The notes under the pieces were generated by a model. It saw only the letters and a list, made by a program, of their open reading frames with translations. It ran no database searches and had not been told where the DNA came from. A program made the translations under genes and the position numbers. Below are positions 34,482 through 44,780 of a DNA stretch of 48,502 nt, in pieces; within the stretch, counting starts at the first letter, position 1, and each line of letters starts with the position of its first letter. The DNA comes from Escherichia phage Lambda: the sequence record NC_001416.1, one strand, 5' to 3'.

Positions 34482-35036
34482 TTGATGAGTATAGAAATGG
34501 ATCCACTCGTTATTCTCGGACGAGTGTTCAGTAATGAACCTCTGGAGAGAACCATGTATATGATCGTTATCTGGGTTGGACTTCTGCTTTTAAGCCCAGA
34601 TAACTGGCCTGAATATGTTAATGAGAGAATCGGTATTCCTCATGTGTGGCATGTTTTCGTCTTTGCTCTTGCATTTTCGCTAGCAATTAATGTGCATCGA
34701 TTATCAGCTATTGCCAGCGCCAGATATAAGCGATTTAAGCTAAGAAAACGCATTAAGATGCAAAACGATAAAGTGCGATCAGTAATTCAAAACCTTACAG
34801 AAGAGCAATCTATGGTTTTGTGCGCAGCCCTTAATGAAGGCAGGAAGTATGTGGTTACATCAAAACAATTCCCATACATTAGTGAGTTGATTGAGCTTGG
34901 TGTGTTGAACAAAACTTTTTCCCGATGGAATGGAAAGCATATATTATTCCCTATTGAGGATATTTACTGGACTGAATTAGTTGCCAGCTATGATCCATAT
35001 AATATTGAGATAAAGCCAAGGCCAATATCTAAGTAA
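34482..35036 (+). CDS. sieB: SieB, superinfection exclusion protein (membrane)
   Basis: ORF track 34482..35036; first ATG is at 34485; hydrophobic N-terminal segments. Confidence 0.85.
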   Translation: MMSIEMDPLVILGRVFSNEPLERTMYMIVIWVGLLLLSPDNWPEYVNERIGIPHVWHVFVFALAFSLAINVHRLSAIASARYKRFKLRKRIKMQNDKVRSVIQNLTEEQSMVLCAALNEGRKYVVTSKQFPYISELIELGVLNKTFSRWNGKHILFPIEDIYWTELVASYDPYNIEIKPRPISK

Positions 35037-35360
35037 CTAGATAAGAGGAATCGATTTTCCCTTAATTTTCTGGCGTCCACTGCATGTTATGCCGCGTTCG
35101 CCAGGCTTGCTGTACCATGTGCGCTGATTCTTGCGCTCAATACGTTGCAGGTTGCTTTCAATCTGTTTGTGGTATTCAGCCAGCACTGTAAGGTCTATCG
35201 GATTTAGTGCGCTTTCTACTCGTGATTTCGGTTTGCGATTCAGCGAGAGAATAGGGCGGTTAACTGGTTTTGCGCTTACCCCAACCAACAGGGGATTTGC
35301 TGCTTTCCATTGAGCCTGTTTCTCTGCGCGACGTTCGCGGCGGCGTGTTTGTGCATCCAT
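35037..35360 (-). CDS. N: N transcription antitermination protein
   Basis: ORF track 35037..35438; recognised 107-aa product MDAQTRRRERRAEKQAQW starting at 35360. Confidence 0.95.
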   Translation of the reverse strand: MDAQTRRRERRAEKQAQWKAANPLLVGVSAKPVNRPILSLNRKPKSRVESALNPIDLTVLAEYHKQIESNLQRIERKNQRTWYSKPGERGITCSGRQKIKGKSIPLI

Positions 35361-35518
35361 CTGGATTCTCCTGTCAGTTAGCTTTGGTGGTGTGTGGCAG
35401 TTGTAGTCCTGAACGAAAACCCCCCGCGATTGGCACATTGGCAGCTAATCCGGAATCGCACTTACGGCCAATGCTTCGTTTCGTATCACACACCCCAAAG
35501 CCTTCTGCTTTGAATGCT

Positions 35519-35549
35519 GCCCTTCTTCAGGGCTTAATTTTTAAGAGCG
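35519..35549 (-). promoter_or_regulatory. nutL: nutL (boxB hairpin gccctgaagaagggc and boxA cgctcttaa on the transcribed strand)
   Basis: Read as reverse complement at about 35519-35533 (boxB) and 35541-35549 (boxA). Confidence 0.85.
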
Positions 35550-35581
35550 TCACCTTCATGGTGGTCAGTGCGTCCTGCTGA

Positions 35582-35651
35582 TGTGCTCAGTATCACCGCC
35601 AGTGGTATTTATGTCAACACCGCCAGAGATAATTTATCACCGCAGATGGTT
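35582..35651 (-). promoter_or_regulatory. pL: pL promoter with operators OL1 (35591-35607), OL2 (35615-35631), OL3 (35635-35651)
   Basis: Three 17-bp tatcaccgc-type operators; -35 ttgaca and -10 gatact on the minus strand. Confidence 0.9.
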
Positions 35652-35824
35652 ATCTGTATGTTTTTTATATGAATTTATTTTTTGCAGGGGGGCATTGTTT
35701 GGTAGGTGAGAGATCTGAATTGCTATGTTTAGTGAGTTGTATCTATTTATTTTTCAATAAATACAATTGGTTATGTGTTTTGGGGGCGATCGTGAGGCAA
35801 AGAAAACCCGGCGCTGAGGCCGGG

Positions 35825-36259
35825 TTATTCTTGTTCTCTGGTCAAATTATATAGTTGGAAAACAAGGATGCATATATGAATGAACGATGCAGAGGCAATG
35901 CCGATGGCGATAGTGGGTATCATGTAGCCGCTTATGCTGGAAAGAAGCAATAACCCGCAGAAAAACAAAGCTCCAAGCTCAACAAAACTAAGGGCATAGA
36001 CAATAACTACCGATGTCATATACCCATACTCTCTAATCTTGGCCAGTCGGCGCGTTCTGCTTCCGATTAGAAACGTCAAGGCAGCAATCAGGATTGCAAT
36101 CATGGTTCCTGCATATGATGACAATGTCGCCCCAAGACCATCTCTATGAGCTGAAAAAGAAACACCAGGAATGTAGTGGCGGAAAAGGAGATAGCAAATG
36201 CTTACGATAACGTAAGGAATTATTACTATGTAAACACCAGGCATGATTCTGTTCCGCAT
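35825..36259 (-). CDS. rexB: RexB (membrane ion-channel component of Rex exclusion)
   Basis: ORF track 35825..36259 (144 aa); hydrophobic. Confidence 0.95.
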   Translation of the reverse strand: MRNRIMPGVYIVIIPYVIVSICYLLFRHYIPGVSFSAHRDGLGATLSSYAGTMIAILIAALTFLIGSRTRRLAKIREYGYMTSVVIVYALSFVELGALFFCGLLLLSSISGYMIPTIAIGIASASFIHICILVFQLYNLTREQE

Positions 36260-36274
36260 AATTACTCCTGATAA

Positions 36275-37114
36275 TTAATCCTTAACTTTGCCCACCTGCC
36301 TTTTAAAACATTCCAGTATATCACTTTTCATTCTTGCGTAGCAATATGCCATCTCTTCAGCTATCTCAGCATTGGTGACCTTGTTCAGAGGCGCTGAGAG
36401 ATGGCCTTTTTCTGATAGATAATGTTCTGTTAAAATATCTCCGGCCTCATCTTTTGCCCGCAGGCTAATGTCTGAAAATTGAGGTGACGGGTTAAAAATA
36501 ATATCCTTGGCAACCTTTTTTATATCCCTTTTAAATTTTGGCTTAATGACTATATCCAATGAGTCAAAAAGCTCCCCTTCAATATCTGTTGCCCCTAAGA
36601 CCTTTAATATATCGCCAAATACAGGTAGCTTGGCTTCTACCTTCACCGTTGTTCGGCCGATGAAATGCATATGCATAACATCGTCTTTGGTGGTTCCCCT
36701 CATCAGTGGCTCTATCTGAACGCGCTCTCCACTGCTTAATGACATTCCTTTCCCGATTAAAAAATCTGTCAGATCGGATGTGGTCGGCCCGAAAACAGTT
36801 CTGGCAAAACCAATGGTGTCGCCTTCAACAAACAAAAAAGATGGGAATCCCAATGATTCGTCATCTGCGAGGCTGTTCTTAATATCTTCAACTGAAGCTT
36901 TAGAGCGATTTATCTTCTGAACCAGACTCTTGTCATTTGTTTTGGTAAAGAGAAAAGTTTTTCCATCGATTTTATGAATATACAAATAATTGGAGCCAAC
37001 CTGCAGGTGATGATTATCAGCCAGCAGAGAATTAAGGAAAACAGACAGGTTTATTGAGCGCTTATCTTTCCCTTTATTTTTGCTGCGGTAAGTCGCATAA
37101 AAACCATTCTTCAT
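36275..37114 (-). CDS. rexA: RexA (sensor component of Rex exclusion)
   Basis: ORF track 36275..37114 (279 aa). Confidence 0.95.
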   Translation of the reverse strand: MKNGFYATYRSKNKGKDKRSINLSVFLNSLLADNHHLQVGSNYLYIHKIDGKTFLFTKTNDKSLVQKINRSKASVEDIKNSLADDESLGFPSFLFVEGDTIGFARTVFGPTTSDLTDFLIGKGMSLSSGERVQIEPLMRGTTKDDVMHMHFIGRTTVKVEAKLPVFGDILKVLGATDIEGELFDSLDIVIKPKFKRDIKKVAKDIIFNPSPQFSDISLRAKDEAGDILTEHYLSEKGHLSAPLNKVTNAEIAEEMAYCYARMKSDILECFKRQVGKVKD

Positions 37115-37226
37115 AATTCAATCCATTTACTATGTTATGTTCTGAGGGGAGTGAAAATTCCCCTAATTCGATGAAGATTCTTGCTCAATTGTTATCAGCT
37201 ATGCGCCGACCAGAACACCTTGCCGA

Positions 37227-37943
<717 letters not shown>

Positions 37944-37950
37944 TTAAATC

Positions 37951-38023
37951 TATCACCGCAAGGGATAAATATCTAACACCGTGCGTGTTGACTATTTTAC
38001 CTCTGGCGGTGATAATGGTTGCA
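37951..38023. promoter_or_regulatory. OR: Right operator: OR3 (37951-37967), OR2 (37974-37990), OR1 (37998-38014); divergent promoters pRM (leftward, leaderless cI) and pR (rightward)
   Basis: Three 17-bp operators between cI and cro; pR -35 ttgact 37988-37993 and -10 gataat 38011-38016. Confidence 0.92.
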
Positions 38024-38031
38024 TGTACTAA

Positions 38032-38241
<210 letters not shown>

Positions 38242-38248
38242 ATAACCC

Positions 38249-38280
38249 CGCTCTTACACATTCCAGCCCTGAAAAAGGGC
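38249..38280 (+). promoter_or_regulatory. nutR: nutR (boxA cgctcttaca, boxB gccctgaaaaagggc); tR1 lies just downstream
   Basis: Read by eye between cro and cII. Confidence 0.88.
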
Positions 38281-38359
38281 ATCAAATTAAACCACACCTA
38301 TGGTGTATGCATTTATTTGCATACATTCAATCAATTGTTATCTAAGGAAATACTTACAT

Positions 38360-38653
38360 ATGGTTCGTGCAAACAAACGCAACGAGGCTCTACGAATCGA
38401 GAGTGCGTTGCTTAACAAAATCGCAATGCTTGGAACTGAGAAGACAGCGGAAGCTGTGGGCGTTGATAAGTCGCAGATCAGCAGGTGGAAGAGGGACTGG
38501 ATTCCAAAGTTCTCAATGCTGCTTGCTGTTCTTGAATGGGGGGTCGTTGACGACGACATGGCTCGATTGGCGCGACAAGTTGCTGCGATTCTCACCAATA
38601 AAAAACGCCCGGCGGCAACCGAGCGTTCTGAACAAATCCAGATGGAGTTCTGA
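38360..38653 (+). CDS. cII: CII transcriptional activator
   Basis: ORF track 38300..38653; recognised start MVRANKRNEALRIESALL at 38360. Confidence 0.96.
   Translation: MVRANKRNEALRIESALLNKIAMLGTEKTAEAVGVDKSQISRWKRDWIPKFSMLLAVLEWGVVDDDMARLARQVAAILTNKKRPAATERSEQIQMEF
38369..38382 (-). promoter_or_regulatory. pRE: pRE -35 region with CII-binding TTGC-N6-TTGC repeats (leftward promoter overlapping cII 5' end)
   Basis: gcaaacaaacgcaa on plus strand = ttgcgtttgtttgc on minus. Confidence 0.75.
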
Positions 38654-38675
38654 GGTCATTACTGGATCTATCAAC
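38599..38675 (-). ncRNA. oop: OOP antisense RNA (about 77 nt, antisense to the cII 3' end)
   Basis: Established lambda feature; GC-rich hairpin plus A-run seen on the plus strand at about 38600-38630; ends not verified. Confidence 0.6.
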
Positions 38676-38685
38676 AGGAGTCATT

Positions 38686-39585
38686 ATGACAAATACAGCA
38701 AAAATACTCAACTTCGGCAGAGGTAACTTTGCCGGACAGGAGCGTAATGTGGCAGATCTCGATGATGGTTACGCCAGACTATCAAATATGCTGCTTGAGG
38801 CTTATTCGGGCGCAGATCTGACCAAGCGACAGTTTAAAGTGCTGCTTGCCATTCTGCGTAAAACCTATGGGTGGAATAAACCAATGGACAGAATCACCGA
38901 TTCTCAACTTAGCGAGATTACAAAGTTACCTGTCAAACGGTGCAATGAAGCCAAGTTAGAACTCGTCAGAATGAATATTATCAAGCAGCAAGGCGGCATG
39001 TTTGGACCAAATAAAAACATCTCAGAATGGTGCATCCCTCAAAACGAGGGAAAATCCCCTAAAACGAGGGATAAAACATCCCTCAAATTGGGGGATTGCT
39101 ATCCCTCAAAACAGGGGGACACAAAAGACACTATTACAAAAGAAAAAAGAAAAGATTATTCGTCAGAGAATTCTGGCGAATCCTCTGACCAGCCAGAAAA
39201 CGACCTTTCTGTGGTGAAACCGGATGCTGCAATTCAGAGCGGCAGCAAGTGGGGGACAGCAGAAGACCTGACCGCCGCAGAGTGGATGTTTGACATGGTG
39301 AAGACTATCGCACCATCAGCCAGAAAACCGAATTTTGCTGGGTGGGCTAACGATATCCGCCTGATGCGTGAACGTGACGGACGTAACCACCGCGACATGT
39401 GTGTGCTGTTCCGCTGGGCATGCCAGGACAACTTCTGGTCCGGTAACGTGCTGAGCCCGGCCAAACTCCGCGATAAGTGGACCCAACTCGAAATCAACCG
39501 TAACAAGCAACAGGCAGGCGTGACAGCCAGCAAACCAAAACTCGACCTGACAAACACAGACTGGATTTACGGGGTGGATCTATGA
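38686..39585 (+). CDS. O: Replication initiator O
   Basis: ORF track 38686..39585 (299 aa). Confidence 0.97.
   Translation: MTNTAKILNFGRGNFAGQERNVADLDDGYARLSNMLLEAYSGADLTKRQFKVLLAILRKTYGWNKPMDRITDSQLSEITKLPVKRCNEAKLELVRMNIIKQQGGMFGPNKNISEWCIPQNEGKSPKTRDKTSLKLGDCYPSKQGDTKDTITKEKRKDYSSENSGESSDQPENDLSVVKPDAAIQSGSKWGTAEDLTAAEWMFDMVKTIAPSARKPNFAGWANDIRLMRERDGRNHRDMCVLFRWACQDNFWSGNVLSPAKLRDKWTQLEINRNKQQAGVTASKPKLDLTNTDWIYGVDL
39034..39165 (+). repeat. ori: ori-lambda: four direct iterons (atccctcaaaacgaggg-like, about 39034-39118) followed by an AT-rich tract, inside the O coding sequence
   Basis: Four tandem 17-19 bp repeats and an A-rich stretch read by eye. Confidence 0.9.
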
Positions 39586-40283
39586 AAAACATCGCCGCAC
39601 AGATGGTTAACTTTGACCGTGAGCAGATGCGTCGGATCGCCAACAACATGCCGGAACAGTACGACGAAAAGCCGCAGGTACAGCAGGTAGCGCAGATCAT
39701 CAACGGTGTGTTCAGCCAGTTACTGGCAACTTTCCCGGCGAGCCTGGCTAACCGTGACCAGAACGAAGTGAACGAAATCCGTCGCCAGTGGGTTCTGGCT
39801 TTTCGGGAAAACGGGATCACCACGATGGAACAGGTTAACGCAGGAATGCGCGTAGCCCGTCGGCAGAATCGACCATTTCTGCCATCACCCGGGCAGTTTG
39901 TTGCATGGTGCCGGGAAGAAGCATCCGTTACCGCCGGACTGCCAAACGTCAGCGAGCTGGTTGATATGGTTTACGAGTATTGCCGGAAGCGAGGCCTGTA
40001 TCCGGATGCGGAGTCTTATCCGTGGAAATCAAACGCGCACTACTGGCTGGTTACCAACCTGTATCAGAACATGCGGGCCAATGCGCTTACTGATGCGGAA
40101 TTACGCCGTAAGGCCGCAGATGAGCTTGTCCATATGACTGCGAGAATTAACCGTGGTGAGGCGATCCCTGAACCAGTAAAACAACTTCCTGTCATGGGCG
40201 GTAGACCTCTAAATCGTGCACAGGCTCTGGCGAAGATCGCAGAAATCAAAGCTAAGTTCGGACTGAAAGGAGCAAGTGTATGA
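39582..40283 (+). CDS. P: Replication protein P (DnaB helicase loader)
   Basis: ORF track 39582..40283 (233 aa). Confidence 0.97.
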   Translation: MKNIAAQMVNFDREQMRRIANNMPEQYDEKPQVQQVAQIINGVFSQLLATFPASLANRDQNEVNEIRRQWVLAFRENGITTMEQVNAGMRVARRQNRPFLPSPGQFVAWCREEASVTAGLPNVSELVDMVYEYCRKRGLYPDAESYPWKSNAHYWLVTNLYQNMRANALTDAELRRKAADELVHMTARINRGEAIPEPVKQLPVMGGRPLNRAQALAKIAEIKAKFGLKGASV

Positions 40284-40570
40284 CGGGCAAAGAGGCAATT
40301 ATTCATTACCTGGGGACGCATAATAGCTTCTGTGCGCCGGACGTTGCCGCGCTAACAGGCGCAACAGTAACCAGCATAAATCAGGCCGCGGCTAAAATGG
40401 CACGGGCAGGTCTTCTGGTTATCGAAGGTAAGGTCTGGCGAACGGTGTATTACCGGTTTGCTACCAGGGAAGAACGGGAAGGAAAGATGAGCACGAACCT
40501 GGTTTTTAAGGAGTGTCGCCAGAGTGCCGCGATGAAACGGGTATTGGCGGTATATGGAGTTAAAAGATGA
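40280..40570 (+). CDS. ren: Ren (Rex-exclusion escape protein)
   Basis: ORF track 40280..40570 (96 aa). Confidence 0.93.
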   Translation: MTGKEAIIHYLGTHNSFCAPDVAALTGATVTSINQAAAKMARAGLLVIEGKVWRTVYYRFATREEREGKMSTNLVFKECRQSAAMKRVLAVYGVKR

Positions 40571-40595
40571 CCATCTACATTACTGAGCTAATAAC

Positions 40596-40628
40596 AGGCC
40601 TGCTGGTAATCGCAGGCCTTTTTATTTG
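40596..40628 (+). terminator. tR2: tR2 rho-independent terminator
   Basis: aggcctgctggtaatcgcaggcct hairpin followed by ttttatttg. Confidence 0.85.
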
Positions 40629-40643
40629 GGGGAGAGGGAAGTC

Positions 40644-41084
40644 ATGAAAAAACTAACCTTTGAAATTCGATCTCCAGCACATCAGCAAAACGCTATTCAC
40701 GCAGTACAGCAAATCCTTCCAGACCCAACCAAACCAATCGTAGTAACCATTCAGGAACGCAACCGCAGCTTAGACCAAAACAGGAAGCTATGGGCCTGCT
40801 TAGGTGACGTCTCTCGTCAGGTTGAATGGCATGGTCGCTGGCTGGATGCAGAAAGCTGGAAGTGTGTGTTTACCGCAGCATTAAAGCAGCAGGATGTTGT
40901 TCCTAACCTTGCCGGGAATGGCTTTGTGGTAATAGGCCAGTCAACCAGCAGGATGCGTGTAGGCGAATTTGCGGAGCTATTAGAGCTTATACAGGCATTC
41001 GGTACAGAGCGTGGCGTTAAGTGGTCAGACGAAGCGAGACTGGCTCTGGAGTGGAAAGCGAGATGGGGAGACAGGGCTGCATGA
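40644..41084 (+). CDS. ninB: NinB (Orf recombination mediator)
   Basis: ORF track 40626..41084; start taken at MKKLTFEIR (40644). Confidence 0.9.
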   Translation: MKKLTFEIRSPAHQQNAIHAVQQILPDPTKPIVVTIQERNRSLDQNRKLWACLGDVSRQVEWHGRWLDAESWKCVFTAALKQQDVVPNLAGNGFVVIGQSTSRMRVGEFAELLELIQAFGTERGVKWSDEARLALEWKARWGDRAA

Positions 41085-41953
41085 TAAATGTCGTTAGTTT
41101 CTCCGGTGGCAGGACGTCAGCATATTTGCTCTGGCTAATGGAGCAAAAGCGACGGGCAGGTAAAGACGTGCATTACGTTTTCATGGATACAGGTTGTGAA
41201 CATCCAATGACATATCGGTTTGTCAGGGAAGTTGTGAAGTTCTGGGATATACCGCTCACCGTATTGCAGGTTGATATCAACCCGGAGCTTGGACAGCCAA
41301 ATGGTTATACGGTATGGGAACCAAAGGATATTCAGACGCGAATGCCTGTTCTGAAGCCATTTATCGATATGGTAAAGAAATATGGCACTCCATACGTCGG
41401 CGGCGCGTTCTGCACTGACAGATTAAAACTCGTTCCCTTCACCAAATACTGTGATGACCATTTCGGGCGAGGGAATTACACCACGTGGATTGGCATCAGA
41501 GCTGATGAACCGAAGCGGCTAAAGCCAAAGCCTGGAATCAGATATCTTGCTGAACTGTCAGACTTTGAGAAGGAAGATATCCTCGCATGGTGGAAGCAAC
41601 AACCATTCGATTTGCAAATACCGGAACATCTCGGTAACTGCATATTCTGCATTAAAAAATCAACGCAAAAAATCGGACTTGCCTGCAAAGATGAGGAGGG
41701 ATTGCAGCGTGTTTTTAATGAGGTCATCACGGGATCCCATGTGCGTGACGGACATCGGGAAACGCCAAAGGAGATTATGTACCGAGGAAGAATGTCGCTG
41801 GACGGTATCGCGAAAATGTATTCAGAAAATGATTATCAAGCCCTGTATCAGGACATGGTACGAGCTAAAAGATTCGATACCGGCTCTTGTTCTGAGTCAT
41901 GCGAAATATTTGGAGGGCAGCTTGATTTCGACTTCGGGAGGGAAGCTGCATGA
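41081..41953 (+). CDS. ninC: NinC, PP-loop (PAPS-reductase-like) family protein
   Basis: ORF track 41021..41953; start [15 protein letters not shown] at 41081; SGGxxS PP-loop motif. Confidence 0.88.
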   Translation: MINVVSFSGGRTSAYLLWLMEQKRRAGKDVHYVFMDTGCEHPMTYRFVREVVKFWDIPLTVLQVDINPELGQPNGYTVWEPKDIQTRMPVLKPFIDMVKKYGTPYVGGAFCTDRLKLVPFTKYCDDHFGRGNYTTWIGIRADEPKRLKPKPGIRYLAELSDFEKEDILAWWKQQPFDLQIPEHLGNCIFCIKKSTQKIGLACKDEEGLQRVFNEVITGSHVRDGHRETPKEIMYRGRMSLDGIAKMYSENDYQALYQDMVRAKRFDTGSCSESCEIFGGQLDFDFGREAA

Positions 41954-42123
41954 TGCGATGTTATCGGTGCGGTGAATGCAAAGAAGATAACCGCTTCCGA
42001 CCAAATCAACCTTACTGGAATCGATGGTGTCTCCGGTGTGAAAGAACACCAACAGGGGTGTTACCACTACCGCAGGAAAAGGAGGACGTGTGGCGAGACA
42101 GCGACGAAGTATCACCGACATAA
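41950..42123 (+). CDS. ninD: NinD, small Cys-rich protein (57 aa)
   Basis: I translated ATG 41950 to TAA 42121-42123; below the 60-aa track threshold; CxxC...CxxC. Confidence 0.75.
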   Translation: MMRCYRCGECKEDNRFRPNQPYWNRWCLRCERTPTGVLPLPQEKEDVWRDSDEVSPT

Positions 42124-42272
42124 TCTGCGAAAACTGCAAATACCTTCCAACGAAACGCACCAGAAATAAACCCAAGCCAATCCCAAAAGAATCTGACGTA
42201 AAAACCTTCAACTACACGGCTCACCTGTGGGATATCCGGTGGCTAAGACGTCGTGCGAGGAAAACAAGGTGA
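42090..42272 (+). CDS. ninE: NinE
   Basis: ORF track 42090..42272 (60 aa). Confidence 0.8.
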   Translation: MARQRRSITDIICENCKYLPTKRTRNKPKPIPKESDVKTFNYTAHLWDIRWLRRRARKTR

Positions 42273-42439
42273 TTGACCAAAATCGAAGTTACGAACAAGA
42301 AAGCGTCGAGCGAGCTTTAACGTGCGCTAACTGCGGTCAGAAGCTGCATGTGCTGGAAGTTCACGTGTGTGAGCACTGCTGCGCAGAACTGATGAGCGAT
42401 CCGAATAGCTCGATGCACGAGGAAGAAGATGATGGCTAA
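42269..42439 (+). CDS. ninF: NinF (GTG start)
   Basis: ORF track 42227..42439; start taken at GTG 42269, overlapping ninE stop. Confidence 0.7.
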   Translation: MIDQNRSYEQESVERALTCANCGQKLHVLEVHVCEHCCAELMSDPNSSMHEEEDDG

Positions 42440-43043
42440 ACCAGCGCGAAGACGATGTAAAAACGATGAATGCCGGGAATGGTTTCACCCTGCATTCGCT
42501 AATCAGTGGTGGTGCTCTCCAGAGTGTGGAACCAAGATAGCACTCGAACGACGAAGTAAAGAACGCGAAAAAGCGGAAAAAGCAGCAGAGAAGAAACGAC
42601 GACGAGAGGAGCAGAAACAGAAAGATAAACTTAAGATTCGAAAACTCGCCTTAAAGCCCCGCAGTTACTGGATTAAACAAGCCCAACAAGCCGTAAACGC
42701 CTTCATCAGAGAAAGAGACCGCGACTTACCATGTATCTCGTGCGGAACGCTCACGTCTGCTCAGTGGGATGCCGGACATTACCGGACAACTGCTGCGGCA
42801 CCTCAACTCCGATTTAATGAACGCAATATTCACAAGCAATGCGTGGTGTGCAACCAGCACAAAAGCGGAAATCTCGTTCCGTATCGCGTCGAACTGATTA
42901 GCCGCATCGGGCAGGAAGCAGTAGACGAAATCGAATCAAACCATAACCGCCATCGCTGGACTATCGAAGAGTGCAAGGCGATCAAGGCAGAGTACCAACA
43001 GAAACTCAAAGACCTGCGAAATAGCAGAAGTGAGGCCGCATGA
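42429..43043 (+). CDS. ninG: NinG (Rap, recombination-associated structure-specific endonuclease)
   Basis: ORF track 42429..43043 (204 aa). Confidence 0.9.
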   Translation: MMAKPARRRCKNDECREWFHPAFANQWWCSPECGTKIALERRSKEREKAEKAAEKKRRREEQKQKDKLKIRKLALKPRSYWIKQAQQAVNAFIRERDRDLPCISCGTLTSAQWDAGHYRTTAAAPQLRFNERNIHKQCVVCNQHKSGNLVPYRVELISRIGQEAVDEIESNHNRHRWTIEECKAIKAEYQQKLKDLRNSRSEAA

Positions 43044-43246
43044 CGTTCTCAGTAAAAACCATTCCAGACATGCTCGTTGAAGCATACGGAAATCAGACAG
43101 AAGTAGCACGCAGACTGAAATGTAGTCGCGGTACGGTCAGAAAATACGTTGATGATAAAGACGGGAAAATGCACGCCATCGTCAACGACGTTCTCATGGT
43201 TCATCGCGGATGGAGTGAAAGAGATGCGCTATTACGAAAAAATTGA
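43040..43246 (+). CDS. ninH: NinH
   Basis: ORF track 43040..43246 (68 aa). Confidence 0.85.
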
Positions 43247-43889
43247 TGGCAGCAAATACCGAAATATTTGGGTAGTTGGCGATCTGCACGGATGCTACAC
43301 GAACCTGATGAACAAACTGGATACGATTGGATTCGACAACAAAAAAGACCTGCTTATCTCGGTGGGCGATTTGGTTGATCGTGGTGCAGAGAACGTTGAA
43401 TGCCTGGAATTAATCACATTCCCCTGGTTCAGAGCTGTACGTGGAAACCATGAGCAAATGATGATTGATGGCTTATCAGAGCGTGGAAACGTTAATCACT
43501 GGCTGCTTAATGGCGGTGGCTGGTTCTTTAATCTCGATTACGACAAAGAAATTCTGGCTAAAGCTCTTGCCCATAAAGCAGATGAACTTCCGTTAATCAT
43601 CGAACTGGTGAGCAAAGATAAAAAATATGTTATCTGCCACGCCGATTATCCCTTTGACGAATACGAGTTTGGAAAGCCAGTTGATCATCAGCAGGTAATC
43701 TGGAACCGCGAACGAATCAGCAACTCACAAAACGGGATCGTGAAAGAAATCAAAGGCGCGGACACGTTCATCTTTGGTCATACGCCAGCAGTGAAACCAC
43801 TCAAGTTTGCCAACCAAATGTATATCGATACCGGCGCAGTGTTCTGCGGAAACCTAACATTGATTCAGGTACAGGGAGAAGGCGCATGA
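43224..43889 (+). CDS. ninI: NinI, Ser/Thr protein phosphatase (calcineurin-like metallophosphatase)
   Basis: ORF track 43149..43889; start MRYYEKIDG at 43224; GDLHG, GDLVDRG, GNHE motifs. Confidence 0.9.
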
Positions 43890-44509
43890 GACTCGAAAGC
43901 GTAGCTAAATTTCATTCGCCAAAAAGCCCGATGATGAGCGACTCACCACGGGCCACGGCTTCTGACTCTCTTTCCGGTACTGATGTGATGGCTGCTATGG
44001 GGATGGCGCAATCACAAGCCGGATTCGGTATGGCTGCATTCTGCGGTAAGCACGAACTCAGCCAGAACGACAAACAAAAGGCTATCAACTATCTGATGCA
44101 ATTTGCACACAAGGTATCGGGGAAATACCGTGGTGTGGCAAAGCTTGAAGGAAATACTAAGGCAAAGGTACTGCAAGTGCTCGCAACATTCGCTTATGCG
44201 GATTATTGCCGTAGTGCCGCGACGCCGGGGGCAAGATGCAGAGATTGCCATGGTACAGGCCGTGCGGTTGATATTGCCAAAACAGAGCTGTGGGGGAGAG
44301 TTGTCGAGAAAGAGTGCGGAAGATGCAAAGGCGTCGGCTATTCAAGGATGCCAGCAAGCGCAGCATATCGCGCTGTGACGATGCTAATCCCAAACCTTAC
44401 CCAACCCACCTGGTCACGCACTGTTAAGCCGCTGTATGACGCTCTGGTGGTGCAATGCCACAAAGAAGAGTCAATCGCAGACAACATTTTGAATGCGGTC
44501 ACACGTTAG
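43886..44509 (+). CDS. Q: Q late-gene antiterminator
   Basis: ORF track 43886..44509 (207 aa). Confidence 0.96.
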
Positions 44510-44551
44510 CAGCATGATTGCCACGGATGGCAACATATTAACGGCATGATA

Positions 44552-44590
44552 TTGACTTATTGAATAAAATTGGGTAAATTTGACTCAACG
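44552..44590 (+). promoter_or_regulatory. pR': pR' late promoter (-35 ttgact about 44552-44557, -10 taaatt about 44575-44580) with the qut / pause region
   Basis: Consensus-like hexamers with 17-bp spacing downstream of Q, read by eye. Confidence 0.8.
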
Positions 44591-44780
44591 ATGGGTTAAT
44601 TCGCTCGTTGTGGTAGTGAGATGAAAAGAGGCGGCGCTTACTACCGATTCCGCCTAGTTGGTCACTTCGACGTATCGTCTGGAACTCCAACCATCGCAGG
44701 CAGAGAGGTCTGCAAAATGCAATCCCGAAACAGTTCGCAGGTAATAGTTAGAGCCTGCATAACGGTTTCGGGATTTTTTA
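44587..44780 (+). ncRNA. 6S RNA: short pR'-initiated transcript terminated at tR'
   Basis: Established lambda feature; bounded by pR' and the tR' hairpin seen here. Confidence 0.6.
44722..44780 (+). terminator. tR': tR' rho-independent terminator
   Basis: atcccgaaac ... gtttcgggat stem followed by tttttta. Confidence 0.85.

Noticed and set aside
35361-35438. Upstream extension of N (133-aa ORF)
   Set aside because: N is the 107-aa product beginning MDAQTRRRERR at 35360; the extension runs into the nutL/leader region.
39034-39118. Possible CRISPR-like repeat array
   Set aside because: Four short iterons without unique spacers inside the O gene are the replication origin; no CRISPR-like array was seen anywhere in the window.
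41972-42169. 65-aa ORF overlapping ninD and ninE in another frame
   Set aside because: ninD (41950-42123) and ninE (42090-42272) explain this region with tight overlapping starts and stops.
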